Origin: Nitrospirota bacterium
GTDB lineage: Bacteria > Nitrospirota > Nitrospiria > Nitrospirales > Nitrospiraceae
DNA: 64,000 nt
Direction of reading: 5' to 3'
NCBI GenBank assembly: GCA_963703955.1
Contig: CAVPGK010000017.1
Location: 322,858 to 386,857, forward strand
Position numbers and translations under genes: made by a program. Every line of letters begins with the position of its first letter. Positions within the stretch are counted from its first letter, which is position 1. The notes beneath the pieces were generated by a model. The model saw nothing but the letters and a program-made list of their open reading frames with translations, was not told the DNA's origin and searched no databases. This document shows positions 1 through 9,480 of the stretch, piece by piece.

Positions 1-1
1 G

Positions 2-796
2 GGTTTCCTGCCCGGTGAGTGGAACGAATACGGAAATTATTATCGGGTCCGTCAGCGAGACGCCCATGCCTGGGTTGAAGTCTTTTTCCCCCAGTCGGGG
101 TGGATTACCTTTGATCCAACCCCAACTGTCGGCACAGGCGTCCCCGATCCGATATGGCGAAAGCTCGGCAGCCTCATTGATTCAGTCCGACTGAAATGGG
201 ACCGGTTCGTCATTCAATACAGCTTTCGGGATCAGATCGCGATTGTCCAAGCGATTCGTGAACGAAGTGAACGGGTGCGCGCAAACGGCGCGCATCTCCT
301 GGAAACTGTCCGCCGCTGGGCAAGCACGTCGACGGCGTGGTTTGCCCACCAGGCCCGCCCGCTCGTCGGGCTGTTCGTCATCGTGGCTGTCCTTGGACTC
401 AGCGCGTTCGTCGCACTCGCCATCAAGATGTACAAAGGCCGTCGGGCTGCTGCCCTCCATGCGGTCCGAGAGCAAGTTGCTGTGAAGATGTACGCTCGCA
501 TGCTGCGACTTCTGTCATCGCGAGGCCTGAGAAAGGCCGGAGGATGCACGCCGTTGGAGTTTTCACGGCGGATTGCCGAGGAGTGGGCGGACGCCGGTCC
601 TTTTGTGACGCCACTAACCGAACTCTACTGTCGGGTTCGGTACGGCCATGAACCCTTCGAAGATCATGACCGGCAGCGGGCAGAGGAGCTGCTTCAAGGT
701 CTTCGCGCCGCGGCTCCGTCTGTTCAGAGGCGGAAACGACTGGCTCTCACGAACCTCAGAGAAAAGTGGAAGATGTTCACAAAGCGAGAGGTCTGA
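2..796 (+). CDS. Transglutaminase-like TgpA family protein (C-terminal DUF4129-like region), 5'-truncated by window
   Basis: Frame 2 reads GFLPGEWNEYGNYYRVRQRDAHAWVEVFFPQSGWITFDPTP (HAWVE..W..FDPT core), then a TM helix and a TPLEF...LYCRVRYG tail; in frame with ORF 275..796. Confidence 0.85.
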   Translation, partial: GFLPGEWNEYGNYYRVRQRDAHAWVEVFFPQSGWITFDPTPTVGTGVPDPIWRKLGSLIDSVRLKWDRFVIQYSFRDQIAIVQAIRERSERVRANGAHLLETVRRWASTSTAWFAHQARPLVGLFVIVAVLGLSAFVALAIKMYKGRRAAALHAVREQVAVKMYARMLRLLSSRGLRKAGGCTPLEFSRRIAEEWADAGPFVTPLTELYCRVRYGHEPFEDHDRQRAEELLQGLRAAAPSVQRRKRLALTNLREKWKMFTKREV

Positions 797-839
797 TCCT
801 ATCGGAAAGGAGCAGGTTTCAGGAGAGATTTTAAGAGGT

Positions 840-914
840 TGGAGCGGGAAATGGGATTTGAACCCACGACCCTCGCCTTGGCAAGGCGATGCTCTACCAC
901 TGAGCTATTCCCGC
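840..914 (-). tRNA. tRNA-Gly(GCC)
   Basis: Reverse complement GCGGGAATAGCTCAGTGGTAGAGCATCGCCTTGCCAAGGCGAGGGTCGTGGGTTCAAATCCCATTTCCCGCTCCA: cloverleaf, GCC anticodon, encoded CCA. Confidence 0.97.
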
Positions 915-1329
915 TCACGATTTCTTTTCAAAGGGTTATGTCACTGTATCCTTTTGCTGTACCATCGAGTGGCAGTGAAAGTGGCACTTGCGACCAATAA
1001 CCAGCCAGTTTATCGAGTGCCTGACATAGCCTTCTATCATACTCCGGTGTGTCATGACTATACGTTTCTACAACGGACGATCCGGATCGTGAAGAGCCGC
1101 GGGAGCGCGCACGATCAGCATGAACACCTGCTCACCATCTCGAAGAAGGGAGTTGCCGTGGGCAAGCCCAGATCGGGCAAGCGTGGTCAGAACTCGCCAA
1201 AGAAATAGGGTTCGGTTCACATTTTCGGATCGCAGTCAAGTAACTGGTTTCGGATTGTGGATCAGCAGTGACTCCGCAGCACAGTCGAGCTAAGCTGTGA
1301 CGAATGAACGATCTGCGGCTTAGGAATTG

Positions 1330-1440
1330 TTGACCAGCATACGAGGGAGGCGGAAGCCAGATGAGGTTGAAGCGTCCTTCCCGGATACGAGCGGCTTGTT
1401 GCCTCACAATCTGGTACCAACGCTTCTTACCATGATTCGC
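1330..1440 (-). pseudogene. Alpha-amylase (GH13) N-terminal fragment
   Basis: Reads NHGKKRWYQIVRQQAARIREGRFNLIWLPPPSYAG, resembling the GH13 W.....A..l...G...IWLPPP motif; no continuation. Confidence 0.5.
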
Positions 1441-1679
1441 AAACTGCTGGGGGTGACCTGTGGCGGTAGGATTCCTAGTAGAATCGGGCGGCCAAAAGAA
1501 GCGTCTCTACCGCTTTGCATCCCTCCCGCGTGTCTCCCGAGACGAATTGTTGAATTAGGGTTTCCATGTACCGGCAGAATTCTGACCGATGCAGGAAATG
1601 TTGGAAGCCGATGAGACTATGCTCGTCGAAGAATAGTAAGCGGGTATTACGTGATCTAAAAGACCAATCTTCCTCAATG

Positions 1680-2591
1680 TTAATATGAGGACTGTCGCAT
1701 CAATCGATCTAACTTGCCATCCAAGGCGGCAAAGTCTTCCACGATCTCAATCTTAGATTTCGCGAAGAGATCCCGCATGGCGAGCGCGCCATCTCCGCCG
1801 ACAGTCAGATTGGAAACGGGGCTCACTTCATGAGCAAGGGCGTAGACCAGCTCCGCGGCCTTGGCCTCGGAAAGTGCGAGAGGAAAGGAAATGATCGTCA
1901 GGTCTGGCTCAACCTTGCTGCAGAGGTTGGTCACAGAAGCAATGGGCACGTTGGCTCCCAAATAGTAGACACGGCAGCCGCGAACACGACATCGATACGC
2001 AACCGCCAACGCGGCAATGTCGTGTTCCTCACCGGGTGGGCAAGCTACGACCACTTTAGCGCCGAACTCAGCCACAGGGAGCTGATTCATGGCCGCGAAA
2101 ATCCTTTGCTGGATTTGCTTCGTGACGTAATGTTCGATGGCAATGTTTACATGACCCTCGTGCCACAGCCGTCCTACCTGTTCCTGGAGTGGGAGCAGGA
2201 TCCCATGAAGCGCTTCTTCAAATGGAACTACTGCAACGGCCCCGTTTAAGCGTTTCTCGAACGTCACACGATCGAAGGGATCGAGTGAGGACAGAAGTTC
2301 CCGCAGGAGCCGGCTGAATGTATTGTCGACGAATGACACTTGAGGCGCACTGGCTCGGGCTCGTCTCAACAACTCCTCACGCCCCAATTTCGACAGCTCT
2401 CCTATCGAACCTCCAGCATCAAGCTGTCCTTTGAGATATCTCAGCAGCGCAACATCCTCATCAGAATAATTGCGATAACGATTGGCTCCACGGGTCGGTT
2501 TTACGAGGCCAAACCGGCGCTCCCATATCCGAATGACGTCTCGTGAGAGCCCAGTTAGTTTTGCAACCCTATGAATTCTATGCGTATTCAT
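1680..2591 (-). CDS. MerR-family cobalamin-binding transcriptional regulator (CarH/LitR-like)
   Basis: N-terminal MerR HTH (IRIWERRFGLVKPTRGANRYRNYS), W-x9-EH motif (WHEGHVNIAIEH), GEEHD B12-binding His, YLGANVP, VGG. Confidence 0.88.
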   Translation of the reverse strand: MNTHRIHRVAKLTGLSRDVIRIWERRFGLVKPTRGANRYRNYSDEDVALLRYLKGQLDAGGSIGELSKLGREELLRRARASAPQVSFVDNTFSRLLRELLSSLDPFDRVTFEKRLNGAVAVVPFEEALHGILLPLQEQVGRLWHEGHVNIAIEHYVTKQIQQRIFAAMNQLPVAEFGAKVVVACPPGEEHDIAALAVAYRCRVRGCRVYYLGANVPIASVTNLCSKVEPDLTIISFPLALSEAKAAELVYALAHEVSPVSNLTVGGDGALAMRDLFAKSKIEIVEDFAALDGKLDRLMRQSSY

Positions 2592-2622
2592 TCTTTGTGG
2601 CTGATTATTGATTATATTGAAA

Positions 2623-2716
2623 TGTCAAATGTTTGTCAAATATTATTTATAATAACACTTGACACATTGGACAATGTAGTTTATACATTAGACATACTTG
2701 CTACAAACATTGAACA
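2623..2716. promoter_or_regulatory. Divergent promoter region with TnnACA repeats (candidate CarH operator)
   Basis: TTGACA 2659-64, 17 bp, TATACA 2682-87 on +; minus-strand TTGACA twice at 11-bp spacing (2623, 2634); further TGGACA, TAGACA, TGAACA. Confidence 0.6.
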
Positions 2717-2736
2717 ACAAACCTATGGAGGTGATC

Positions 2737-3033
2737 ATGGCAACAGCGTCGGCGGACAGAACGAGAGTGGATCAGCTACGGAACCGCGCAATCTCTTCTG
2801 CTGTCTCGCATGACTCGATGTGCACGAGGTGCGGCGGACTCATGGTGAGTGACTTCAGCATGGATCTATTGAACAGCACCGGCGAGCCGGAGTTGGCCGC
2901 GAAACGTTGCGTGCAATGTGGAGAAGTCGTCGATGCGGTCATCCAGCGCAATCGGCAGCTCCGGCAAGAATCGATCACAGTTAGGCAAACAGAGAGGATG
3001 TTCCCAGAGATGATGAGCAAACAGAATCTCTAA
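2737..3033 (+). CDS. Small zinc-ribbon protein (CxRCGG...RCxxCGE)
   Basis: GGAGG RBS; CTRCGG and RCVQCGEVVD motifs; paralogs at 7226 and 36309. Confidence 0.75.
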   Translation: MATASADRTRVDQLRNRAISSAVSHDSMCTRCGGLMVSDFSMDLLNSTGEPELAAKRCVQCGEVVDAVIQRNRQLRQESITVRQTERMFPEMMSKQNL

Positions 3034-3052
3034 CCGGGAAGGAGTAGACGCC

Positions 3053-3406
3053 ATGAGAGCAAGAGCATTGATATATGGGCTCACCATAGTTGTCGCGGCA
3101 ACGATGGCGGGATGTGCAGCCGATGGAGGATCCCGAATGAACGTGGCCTCCGGGGAGGCCGTGAAACCCGTGACTGCGCGAGAGGCAGTGGATCGAGCCT
3201 TCGAGTATGGCCAGCAGGTGGCCGTGTTGCGTGATGAGGCCAGAAGGCTGGAACTCGAAGGCCGGGTGGCCATGCACCGGGCGGCTGAGAAGGAAGAGGC
3301 CACGCGTATCCTGGAGAAGGCTCGAGCCATGTGGACGGCGGCCGACACGGCCGAGGACACGGCCCGGGAATATCGGCGCCAGGTGCCACATAATCAAGTG
3401 AACTGA
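3053..3406 (+). CDS. Hypothetical helical lipoprotein
   Basis: AGGAG RBS; lipobox-like MAGC after a hydrophobic stretch. Confidence 0.7.
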   Translation: MRARALIYGLTIVVAATMAGCAADGGSRMNVASGEAVKPVTAREAVDRAFEYGQQVAVLRDEARRLELEGRVAMHRAAEKEEATRILEKARAMWTAADTAEDTAREYRRQVPHNQVN

Positions 3407-3484
3407 CTATGTCACGGAAGGTCTTTAGGAATGTTTTCAACCAACCAGGGTCGTCCTGGTGTTCCCAAACCAAGGAGGTTTCCA

Positions 3485-4450
3485 ATGCGGAGTCAAACGG
3501 TTCTTCAGGTCGGATTGGGAGTGGTGTTGATGGCAGGAGCCATCTCCATCGCAACAGCGGCAGATCAGCCGAGTAGCGACAAGGACATGGTGCTGATCCC
3601 CAAAGGTGAGTTCACCATGGGGAGCAACGAGCATTGGGATGAAGCGAAGCATCAGGTTGTGCTCGATGCGTATCTCATCGACAAGTATGAGACGTCGAAC
3701 GCGCGGTACAAGGAATTTATGAAAGCCACCGGTCATCCGGCTCCGGCCTATTGGGACGATCCTCGGCTCAGCAAGGCTAATCAGCCGGTCGTCGGCGTGA
3801 GCTGGACTGACGCGGGTGCCTTCTGCAAGTGGGAAGGCAAGCGGCTTCCGACGGAAGGGGAATGGGAGCGCGCGGCCAAAGGTCCGGAAGGCGACAATCA
3901 TTACCCATGGGGTCACAAGCTTGATCCCAAGAAAGCCAACTATGGGCAGAATGTTGGCCATACCACGCCGGTGGATTCCTACCCCGAAGGAGTGAGCGGG
4001 TTCGGGGTCTACAACATGGCAGGGAACGTTTTTGAATGGGTCGAGGATTGGTATGACCCGAAACACTATAAGGAGAGCCTTGCCCTGAATCCACGCGGTG
4101 CCGAGAAAGGCTACAACTTTGCCAATCAGGGCCCGGTCAAGGTGCTGCGCGGTGGGTCCTGGCTCGCTCCGGAAACTTCGTTGCACACAAGTCACCGGTT
4201 CTGGAATCAGCCGGACAATAACTCCTATGGGGTCGGGCTCGGATTCCGTTGCGCGAAGTCTGCGCAGACGATTTCTGACGAAGCCATGCAAGCAGGACGC
4301 GATGCATTCATTGCAGCGTTAGTCGCGATGGGAGCGGAAAAGAACGCCGATGCGATGGCCTCCATCGAGAAGGCGCTGGCTGCGGAGCCGGCCAACAAGG
4401 AATACCTGGCCACCCGCGACCTGATCAAGAAGAGCATGAAGAAGAAATAG
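3485..4450 (+). CDS. Secreted FGE-sulfatase (SUMF1/EgtB/PvdO) fold protein 1
   Basis: Signal peptide; F.MGS, RLPTEGEWERAA, NMAGNVFEWV, RGGSW, GFRC motifs; AGGAGG RBS. Confidence 0.9.
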   Translation: MRSQTVLQVGLGVVLMAGAISIATAADQPSSDKDMVLIPKGEFTMGSNEHWDEAKHQVVLDAYLIDKYETSNARYKEFMKATGHPAPAYWDDPRLSKANQPVVGVSWTDAGAFCKWEGKRLPTEGEWERAAKGPEGDNHYPWGHKLDPKKANYGQNVGHTTPVDSYPEGVSGFGVYNMAGNVFEWVEDWYDPKHYKESLALNPRGAEKGYNFANQGPVKVLRGGSWLAPETSLHTSHRFWNQPDNNSYGVGLGFRCAKSAQTISDEAMQAGRDAFIAALVAMGAEKNADAMASIEKALAAEPANKEYLATRDLIKKSMKKK

Positions 4451-4519
4451 CCGACAGACCGGTTGGGGGGCGGTGATCCCGTCCCCCTCCGGGTCAGACT
4501 TTGGGACGGGAGGATTGTG

Positions 4520-5578
4520 ATGAATGTGTCTAAAACCATAATGCTGGTGGTCCTGGTGATGGGCATGACGATGCTGACCGGAACAAGCCATGCGGAGGAA
4601 TCATTGATTCCCAAAGAGATGGTGTACATCGGGCATGGGCCGTCGGTGATGGGGATTGATAAGGAAGCGCCTGCGGACTCAGGCAAAAAGCCGACGGCGT
4701 ACGAGCGACGGATGAAGACGCCCTGGTCGGCCGACGCGTTGAACGACGAGGGTCCGGCACATATGGTGTTTCTGGATTCGTACCTCATGGATAAGTACGA
4801 AGTCTCGAACAAAGATTATGGCGAGTTCATCAGAGCAAAAGGTCATGCGGCCCCAGCCTATTGGGATGATCCTCGCTTAAATAAGCCCGAAGACCCGGTG
4901 GTCGGAGTGAACTGGGAGGACGCCAAAACCTTCTGTGAATATCGCGGGAAGCGCCTTCCAACGGAAGCTGAATGGGAAAAAGCGGCTCGTGGTCCCAAGG
5001 CCAACCTCTACCCCTGGGGCAATTACTTTGATCCAGCCAAAGCGAACTACGGCAAGAATCACGACGCGACTATGCCGGTGGATTCCTATCCAGAGGGCGC
5101 GAGTTACTATGGCGTCTACAACATGGCGGGTAATGTCTTCGAGTGGGTCTCTGATTGGTATGACCCCCGTTACTATGGACGGCTTGAAACGATGGTGAAT
5201 CCAACCGGTCCGGCAAAACCCATATGGATGGGCGGAACCGGCACCTATGTTGACCGGCTGACGGTCGGGGAAAAGCGAGTCATTCGTGGAGGATCGTGGA
5301 TCGCACCGGAAGGCACAGTCAGGGCAACCCACCGGTTCTGGAATCACCCGCTTAACAACAGTTATGGCGTGGGCCTGGGCTTCCGTTGCGCCAAGACCGC
5401 CCCGCCCGAGATCGAACAGCAGATCAGGGACAGCTACATTTCTGCCTTAGTGGGGATGGGCAGAGAACGATTTGCGGACGCTCAACAGGCGGTGGCTCGT
5501 GGCCTGGCCATTGATCCCAAGAACGTTGAACTGTTGGAGCTCCACCCGCTGATTGAGCAGTCGATGAAGAAGCTGTGA
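4520..5578 (+). CDS. Secreted FGE-sulfatase fold protein 2
   Basis: Signal peptide; RLPTEAEWEKAARG, NMAGNVFEWV, RGGSW, GFRC; C-terminal TPR-like helices. Confidence 0.9.
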   Translation: MNVSKTIMLVVLVMGMTMLTGTSHAEESLIPKEMVYIGHGPSVMGIDKEAPADSGKKPTAYERRMKTPWSADALNDEGPAHMVFLDSYLMDKYEVSNKDYGEFIRAKGHAAPAYWDDPRLNKPEDPVVGVNWEDAKTFCEYRGKRLPTEAEWEKAARGPKANLYPWGNYFDPAKANYGKNHDATMPVDSYPEGASYYGVYNMAGNVFEWVSDWYDPRYYGRLETMVNPTGPAKPIWMGGTGTYVDRLTVGEKRVIRGGSWIAPEGTVRATHRFWNHPLNNSYGVGLGFRCAKTAPPEIEQQIRDSYISALVGMGRERFADAQQAVARGLAIDPKNVELLELHPLIEQSMKKL

Positions 5579-5631
5579 GGGAATCTTGCACCGTTCTTAT
5601 GAACGGTGTGATCGTGATGGAGGCGTTACCG

Positions 5632-6000
5632 ATGAAACGTTACACAACTCTTGTATTCGGGATTTCATTCAGCGCGCTCCTGGGGATTACCGCCGTCCTG
5701 GCTGGACCCATAGATCCGGCCGGCCATCCGCATCCGGAGCACGGCAAGGCGGTCCATGAGGCCGAACATGACGTGGATCATGCGTGGGAGGTCTATCATC
5801 GCGCGGCGTTAGGGGGAACCGTCGCCGCCCCTGCTCTGCAGGCCGACATCGAGCAGCACCTGCACGAAGCCAGAACCCTCATTGATCAGGCGCAGGAGGC
5901 AGCCGAGCGGGGGGACAAGCGTCAGGTGCAGCGTCTTGTTGGTCAAATCAAAATCCATACGTCCCATGCCATCGAAGGGAGCAAGGAGCAGAAGAAATGA
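5632..6000 (+). CDS. His-rich secreted small helical protein (SmbP-like composition)
   Basis: Signal peptide; many periodic His (GHPHPEH..VHEAEHDVDH); stop overlaps next ATG (ATGA). Confidence 0.7.
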   Translation: MKRYTTLVFGISFSALLGITAVLAGPIDPAGHPHPEHGKAVHEAEHDVDHAWEVYHRAALGGTVAAPALQADIEQHLHEARTLIDQAQEAAERGDKRQVQRLVGQIKIHTSHAIEGSKEQKK

Positions 6001-6842
6001 CACTAGGTCTGCGGAGGAGAACAACTCGCTGGAGAATGATTGCGGCGATTGTAGTGGCAGTCTGTGCCGTCGCGCAGTCGCCGGTTGTGGTGGCGGTGCC
6101 GGTTTCGAAGGAGCTTGCCCCGGTTCCTATGGTGACGATTCCAGCAGGAGAATTCTTGATGGGCAATCCAGAAGGAAAAGGCCGGGCCGACGAGTGGCCA
6201 CAGCGATCCGTCTACCTCGATGCATTCGCGATCGATCAAGTCGAGGTGACGAATGAACGATATATGAGGTTCGTCATGTCCACCGGCCATCGAAATCCTC
6301 CCAATCCGTATGGCACCGGCCCGCTCCTGTCCGTGAAAGGGATTGAGCAACTCCCTGTCGCGCAGACGACGTGGTACGACGCCAAGGCTTATTGCAGTTG
6401 GGCCAAGAAGCGGCTGCCGACGGAAGCGGAATGGGAAAAGGCCGCTCGCGGCACGGATGGTCGCCTGTTTCCCTGGGGCAATGAACCAGCGACATTGAAG
6501 CGGGCGAACTTTGACCGCGAATGGGAGGACGAAAAGACGTTATACCCGGTCGGGTCATTGCCTGGTGGAGACTCACCCTATGGGGTGAAGGACATGGCCG
6601 GCAATGCCAGGGAGTGGGTCTCTGACTGGTACGACCCGGAGTACTACAAGCATGCGCCGGATCGGAATCCGCAGGGTCCTGACAAAAAAGGAGTGGTCCG
6701 ATCGATTCGCGGCGGGTCATGGCATAGCCCGGTGGCCGATATCACGACATCAGCAAGAGGTCGCGGCGGGTTTGCCCTGCAGACTCACGGCACCGGGTTC
6801 CGCTGTGCCCGTGGTCTCGAGGGGGAGATTCAGCAGAAGTAG
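5997..6842 (+). CDS. Secreted FGE-sulfatase fold protein 3
   Basis: GEFLMG, RLPTEAEWEKAARG, DMAGNAREWV, RGGSW, GFRC. Confidence 0.9.
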   Translation: MTLGLRRRTTRWRMIAAIVVAVCAVAQSPVVVAVPVSKELAPVPMVTIPAGEFLMGNPEGKGRADEWPQRSVYLDAFAIDQVEVTNERYMRFVMSTGHRNPPNPYGTGPLLSVKGIEQLPVAQTTWYDAKAYCSWAKKRLPTEAEWEKAARGTDGRLFPWGNEPATLKRANFDREWEDEKTLYPVGSLPGGDSPYGVKDMAGNAREWVSDWYDPEYYKHAPDRNPQGPDKKGVVRSIRGGSWHSPVADITTSARGRGGFALQTHGTGFRCARGLEGEIQQK

Positions 6843-7058
6843 CGGGCCGAGGTGGGATGTGAGGGAACTCAATAACAACGGCAGAAATCCGGAGGTCGGT
6901 TCTCTTTTACCGACCAGGTGGCGCCGCGACTCCGCACGGCGTCTTCCGCTGAGGCAGACGGGTCTCTCCCTCGGGAGGACCTCGTCCCCTCGGTGGGCAA
7001 CTGGAGCGGCTCATATAAAGGTAGGCGCAGTACTGTCGGCAATCACGAGGAGGACAGC

Positions 7059-7184
7059 ATGACCACGTTAATTGTGTTGGCAATGGTGGTGGCGGCTTTG
7101 AGCTGTTTGACGAGTGCTGCGCAATGGAGACCCGCTGTCGCGTTGCCGCGGCAGGCCGGATTGAGCAGCCCTTGTGTCAAGTAA
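7059..7184 (+). CDS. Small hydrophobic peptide (41 aa)
   Basis: GAGGAGGA RBS then MTTLIVLAMVVAALSCL. Confidence 0.4.
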   Translation: MTTLIVLAMVVAALSCLTSAAQWRPAVALPRQAGLSSPCVK

Positions 7185-7225
7185 GGAGGTTCGGTTGTCC
7201 TTCTTTATAGCCGTCGAGGGTTCCC

Positions 7226-7467
7226 GTGGAATCAAATGGGAGACCAGACAATCCTGCTGTCTCTGCCCCGCACATCGACGACATCTGCGCGCGTTGTGGT
7301 GGACTGATGGTTTTGGCGCACTACATGGATCTGCAGGACGATACAGGTCAGATCGGGATGACGGCGTACGATGCACGAGTTGCGGAGAGGTCGTCGACCC
7401 GGTCATTCTTCAGAACCGAGTCAAGCCGGCGCCGAATCTCTTGTACGGCACAAAGCAGCGCAAGTAG
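7226..7467 (+). pseudogene. Frameshifted zinc-ribbon paralog of 2737..3033
   Basis: CARCGGLMV...DL in one frame and RCTSCGEVVDPVILQNR in another; shift near 7365. Confidence 0.7.
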
Positions 7468-7596
7468 GTACAGCGAGTGGATGACGGTGAGTCGGATGGT
7501 TCAGTCAATCTGGACAGCAATGGCAGCGGAGAGGGCCATGGCCATAGTTGACCAGGCCAGTGCCGCGTCGTAGCTCTCTGATAAGGAGATAACGCC

Positions 7597-8514
7597 ATGC
7601 ACATCGTCGTGACCGGAGGGACGGGGTTCATCGGTCGGGCCCTGTGCGCTTCGTTGTTCCAGGATGGCCACCGAGTCACCATCCTCACGAGAGATGCGAG
7701 AGAAGCATCGCAGCTGTTGGGGGCGATCGTGACGGCGATCGAGTGGAATGGCCGAGAGGCGGGAGCCTGGGAGCAGTGTCTCGAAGGTGCCGATGCCGTC
7801 ATCAACCTCGCTGGTGCGCCGATTGCCGATGCTCGCTGGACCAATGCGAGGAAGCGACTCCTCACCGAGAGTCGAGTACTTACCACTCGCCTACTCGTCG
7901 AGGCCATGTCCAGCCGGTCGTCGAAACCTCGGACACTCATCAGCGCTTCCGGCATCGGCTACTACGGGGCCAGTGACGATCATGTGCTCGATGAGGGCGC
8001 GGCGCGCGGTCAGGGTTTTCTTGCCGACCTGTGCCTCGCATGGGAAGCAGACGCGCTGCGGGCGGCGGAGTTCGGTACGCGTGTCGTGCTGGTACGAACC
8101 GGAATGGTGCTCGAACATGATGGCGGCGCGCTGCCGAAGATGCTGTTGCCGTTTAGGCTTTTCGCGGGCGGCCCGATCATGCCGGGAACTCAGTGGGTCT
8201 CCTGGATCCATCGGCGCGATCACATCGGGTTGATTCAGTGGGCGATTACGACTCCCAACGTCTCCGGTCCCGTCAATGCCGTGGCACCTGGTCCTGTGAC
8301 GATGAACACGTTCTGTGAAGATCTCGGGCGCGTCCTCCACCGGCCCTCCTGGCTTCCGGTACCGGGTTTGGCGCTGAAAGTTGTGCTGGGGGAACTGGGA
8401 ACGCTCATGACGACCGGTCAACGGGTCAATCCTACGAAGGCGCTGGCCGGCGGCTATGTCTTTCGGTATCCGACGCTGGAACCCGCACTACGAGCAATTC
8501 TCACGAAAGGATAG
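7597..8514 (+). CDS. TIGR01777 family NAD-dependent epimerase/oxidoreductase (YfcH-like)
   Basis: VTGGTGFIG, INLAGAPI...RW, SASGIGYYG, SWIH..D, GPVNAVAP. Confidence 0.92.
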   Translation: MHIVVTGGTGFIGRALCASLFQDGHRVTILTRDAREASQLLGAIVTAIEWNGREAGAWEQCLEGADAVINLAGAPIADARWTNARKRLLTESRVLTTRLLVEAMSSRSSKPRTLISASGIGYYGASDDHVLDEGAARGQGFLADLCLAWEADALRAAEFGTRVVLVRTGMVLEHDGGALPKMLLPFRLFAGGPIMPGTQWVSWIHRRDHIGLIQWAITTPNVSGPVNAVAPGPVTMNTFCEDLGRVLHRPSWLPVPGLALKVVLGELGTLMTTGQRVNPTKALAGGYVFRYPTLEPALRAILTKG

Positions 8515-8527
8515 AGGAGCGTCTGAA

Positions 8528-8998
8528 ATGGTGTCGCTGATCGAATATCTTCACTTGCTGGCCGCCGCCGTTCTTGTCGGCAAGGTCGTGCTCTTGTCTT
8601 TCGTGGTGGCGCCTATTCTTGCGAAGAATCTGGAGCGAGAGCCGTTCGGCAAAGTCGTGCGCCAACTGTTTCCGGCTTATTATGCATTGGGAATGGGGAC
8701 GGCGATGGTGGGACTAATCTCCGTGGCAGGGCTGGGGCTGATCCGCGGCATGAGTGGGGCTCTGCTTGTCGCCGGTGGGACTTGGCTCCTCATTTTCGTG
8801 GCCGAAGCCTATTGCCGATGGCCGCTGACGCCGCAGAGTAATGCGATGAGGGATCGGCTCAAGGAGCAGGAATCACGGGGAGCTGTCGATCCCGCTTTGC
8901 AGGCCGCGTGGAATCAATTGCATCAACGGTCAGTCTATCTGAACTCACTCGTGCTACTCGCGGGACTGTGTTTACTCGGTCTGGCAAGTCGATTGTAG
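8528..8998 (+). CDS. DUF4149 / TMEM205-like membrane protein
   Basis: Four TM segments; FVVAP..F....FG......FP.Y and LHQRSVYLN motifs. Confidence 0.75.
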   Translation: MVSLIEYLHLLAAAVLVGKVVLLSFVVAPILAKNLEREPFGKVVRQLFPAYYALGMGTAMVGLISVAGLGLIRGMSGALLVAGGTWLLIFVAEAYCRWPLTPQSNAMRDRLKEQESRGAVDPALQAAWNQLHQRSVYLNSLVLLAGLCLLGLASRL

Positions 8999-9051
8999 GT
9001 CACAAGGAGGAACGCACATGAGGATCAAGGGAATCCATATCGGCGGCAGGT

Positions 9052-9471
9052 GTGATGATGGGCCTTCTGTTGACCGGTGCGGCCGGGGCTGCTGACCAGC
9101 CCGTGAGCCTGGCTCCGTATGCGAATGGAGATGATGCCAAGCTGCCGATCGGCGTGATCGGCGTGTCGCTCCAGGTCGGGGCTGAGCGTATCGGTGATCC
9201 AGCGGTGCTGTATGTCGGGATGGTGCATCCGGAGGGACCAGCTCACCAAGCAGGGCTCAGACATGGAGATGAGGTCGTGACCGTGGATGGGACGACGGTG
9301 ACGGGGAAGAGTTATGAGCAGGTGGTCAAGATGATCCGGGGAGAAGCGGGAACCATCGTGAAGTTGGGGGTCAAAGGTGACGGAGGAAATCGGGAACTTT
9401 CCATCACACGTGTGGCCAGCGATAAACTCCCGAAGGATCCGACGGGATCGCACGGTGGTCCTTCTAGATAG
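9052..9471 (+). CDS. Secreted PDZ-domain protein (true start may be out-of-frame ATG at 9018)
   Basis: GVIGVSL...GPAHQAGLRHGDEVVTVDG...IRGEAGT PDZ signature; AGGAGG precedes ATG 9018, implying an indel. Confidence 0.8.
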   Translation: MMMGLLLTGAAGAADQPVSLAPYANGDDAKLPIGVIGVSLQVGAERIGDPAVLYVGMVHPEGPAHQAGLRHGDEVVTVDGTTVTGKSYEQVVKMIRGEAGTIVKLGVKGDGGNRELSITRVASDKLPKDPTGSHGGPSR

Positions 9472-9480
9472 GAGTTCATC

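Noticed and set aside
648..1208. 186-aa ORF spanning the tRNA
   Set aside because: It is the antisense reading of tRNA-Gly plus intergenic DNA and has no protein motifs.
915..1330. Possible integrase remnant at the island end
   Set aside because: No tyrosine or serine recombinase motif was recognised in the frames examined.
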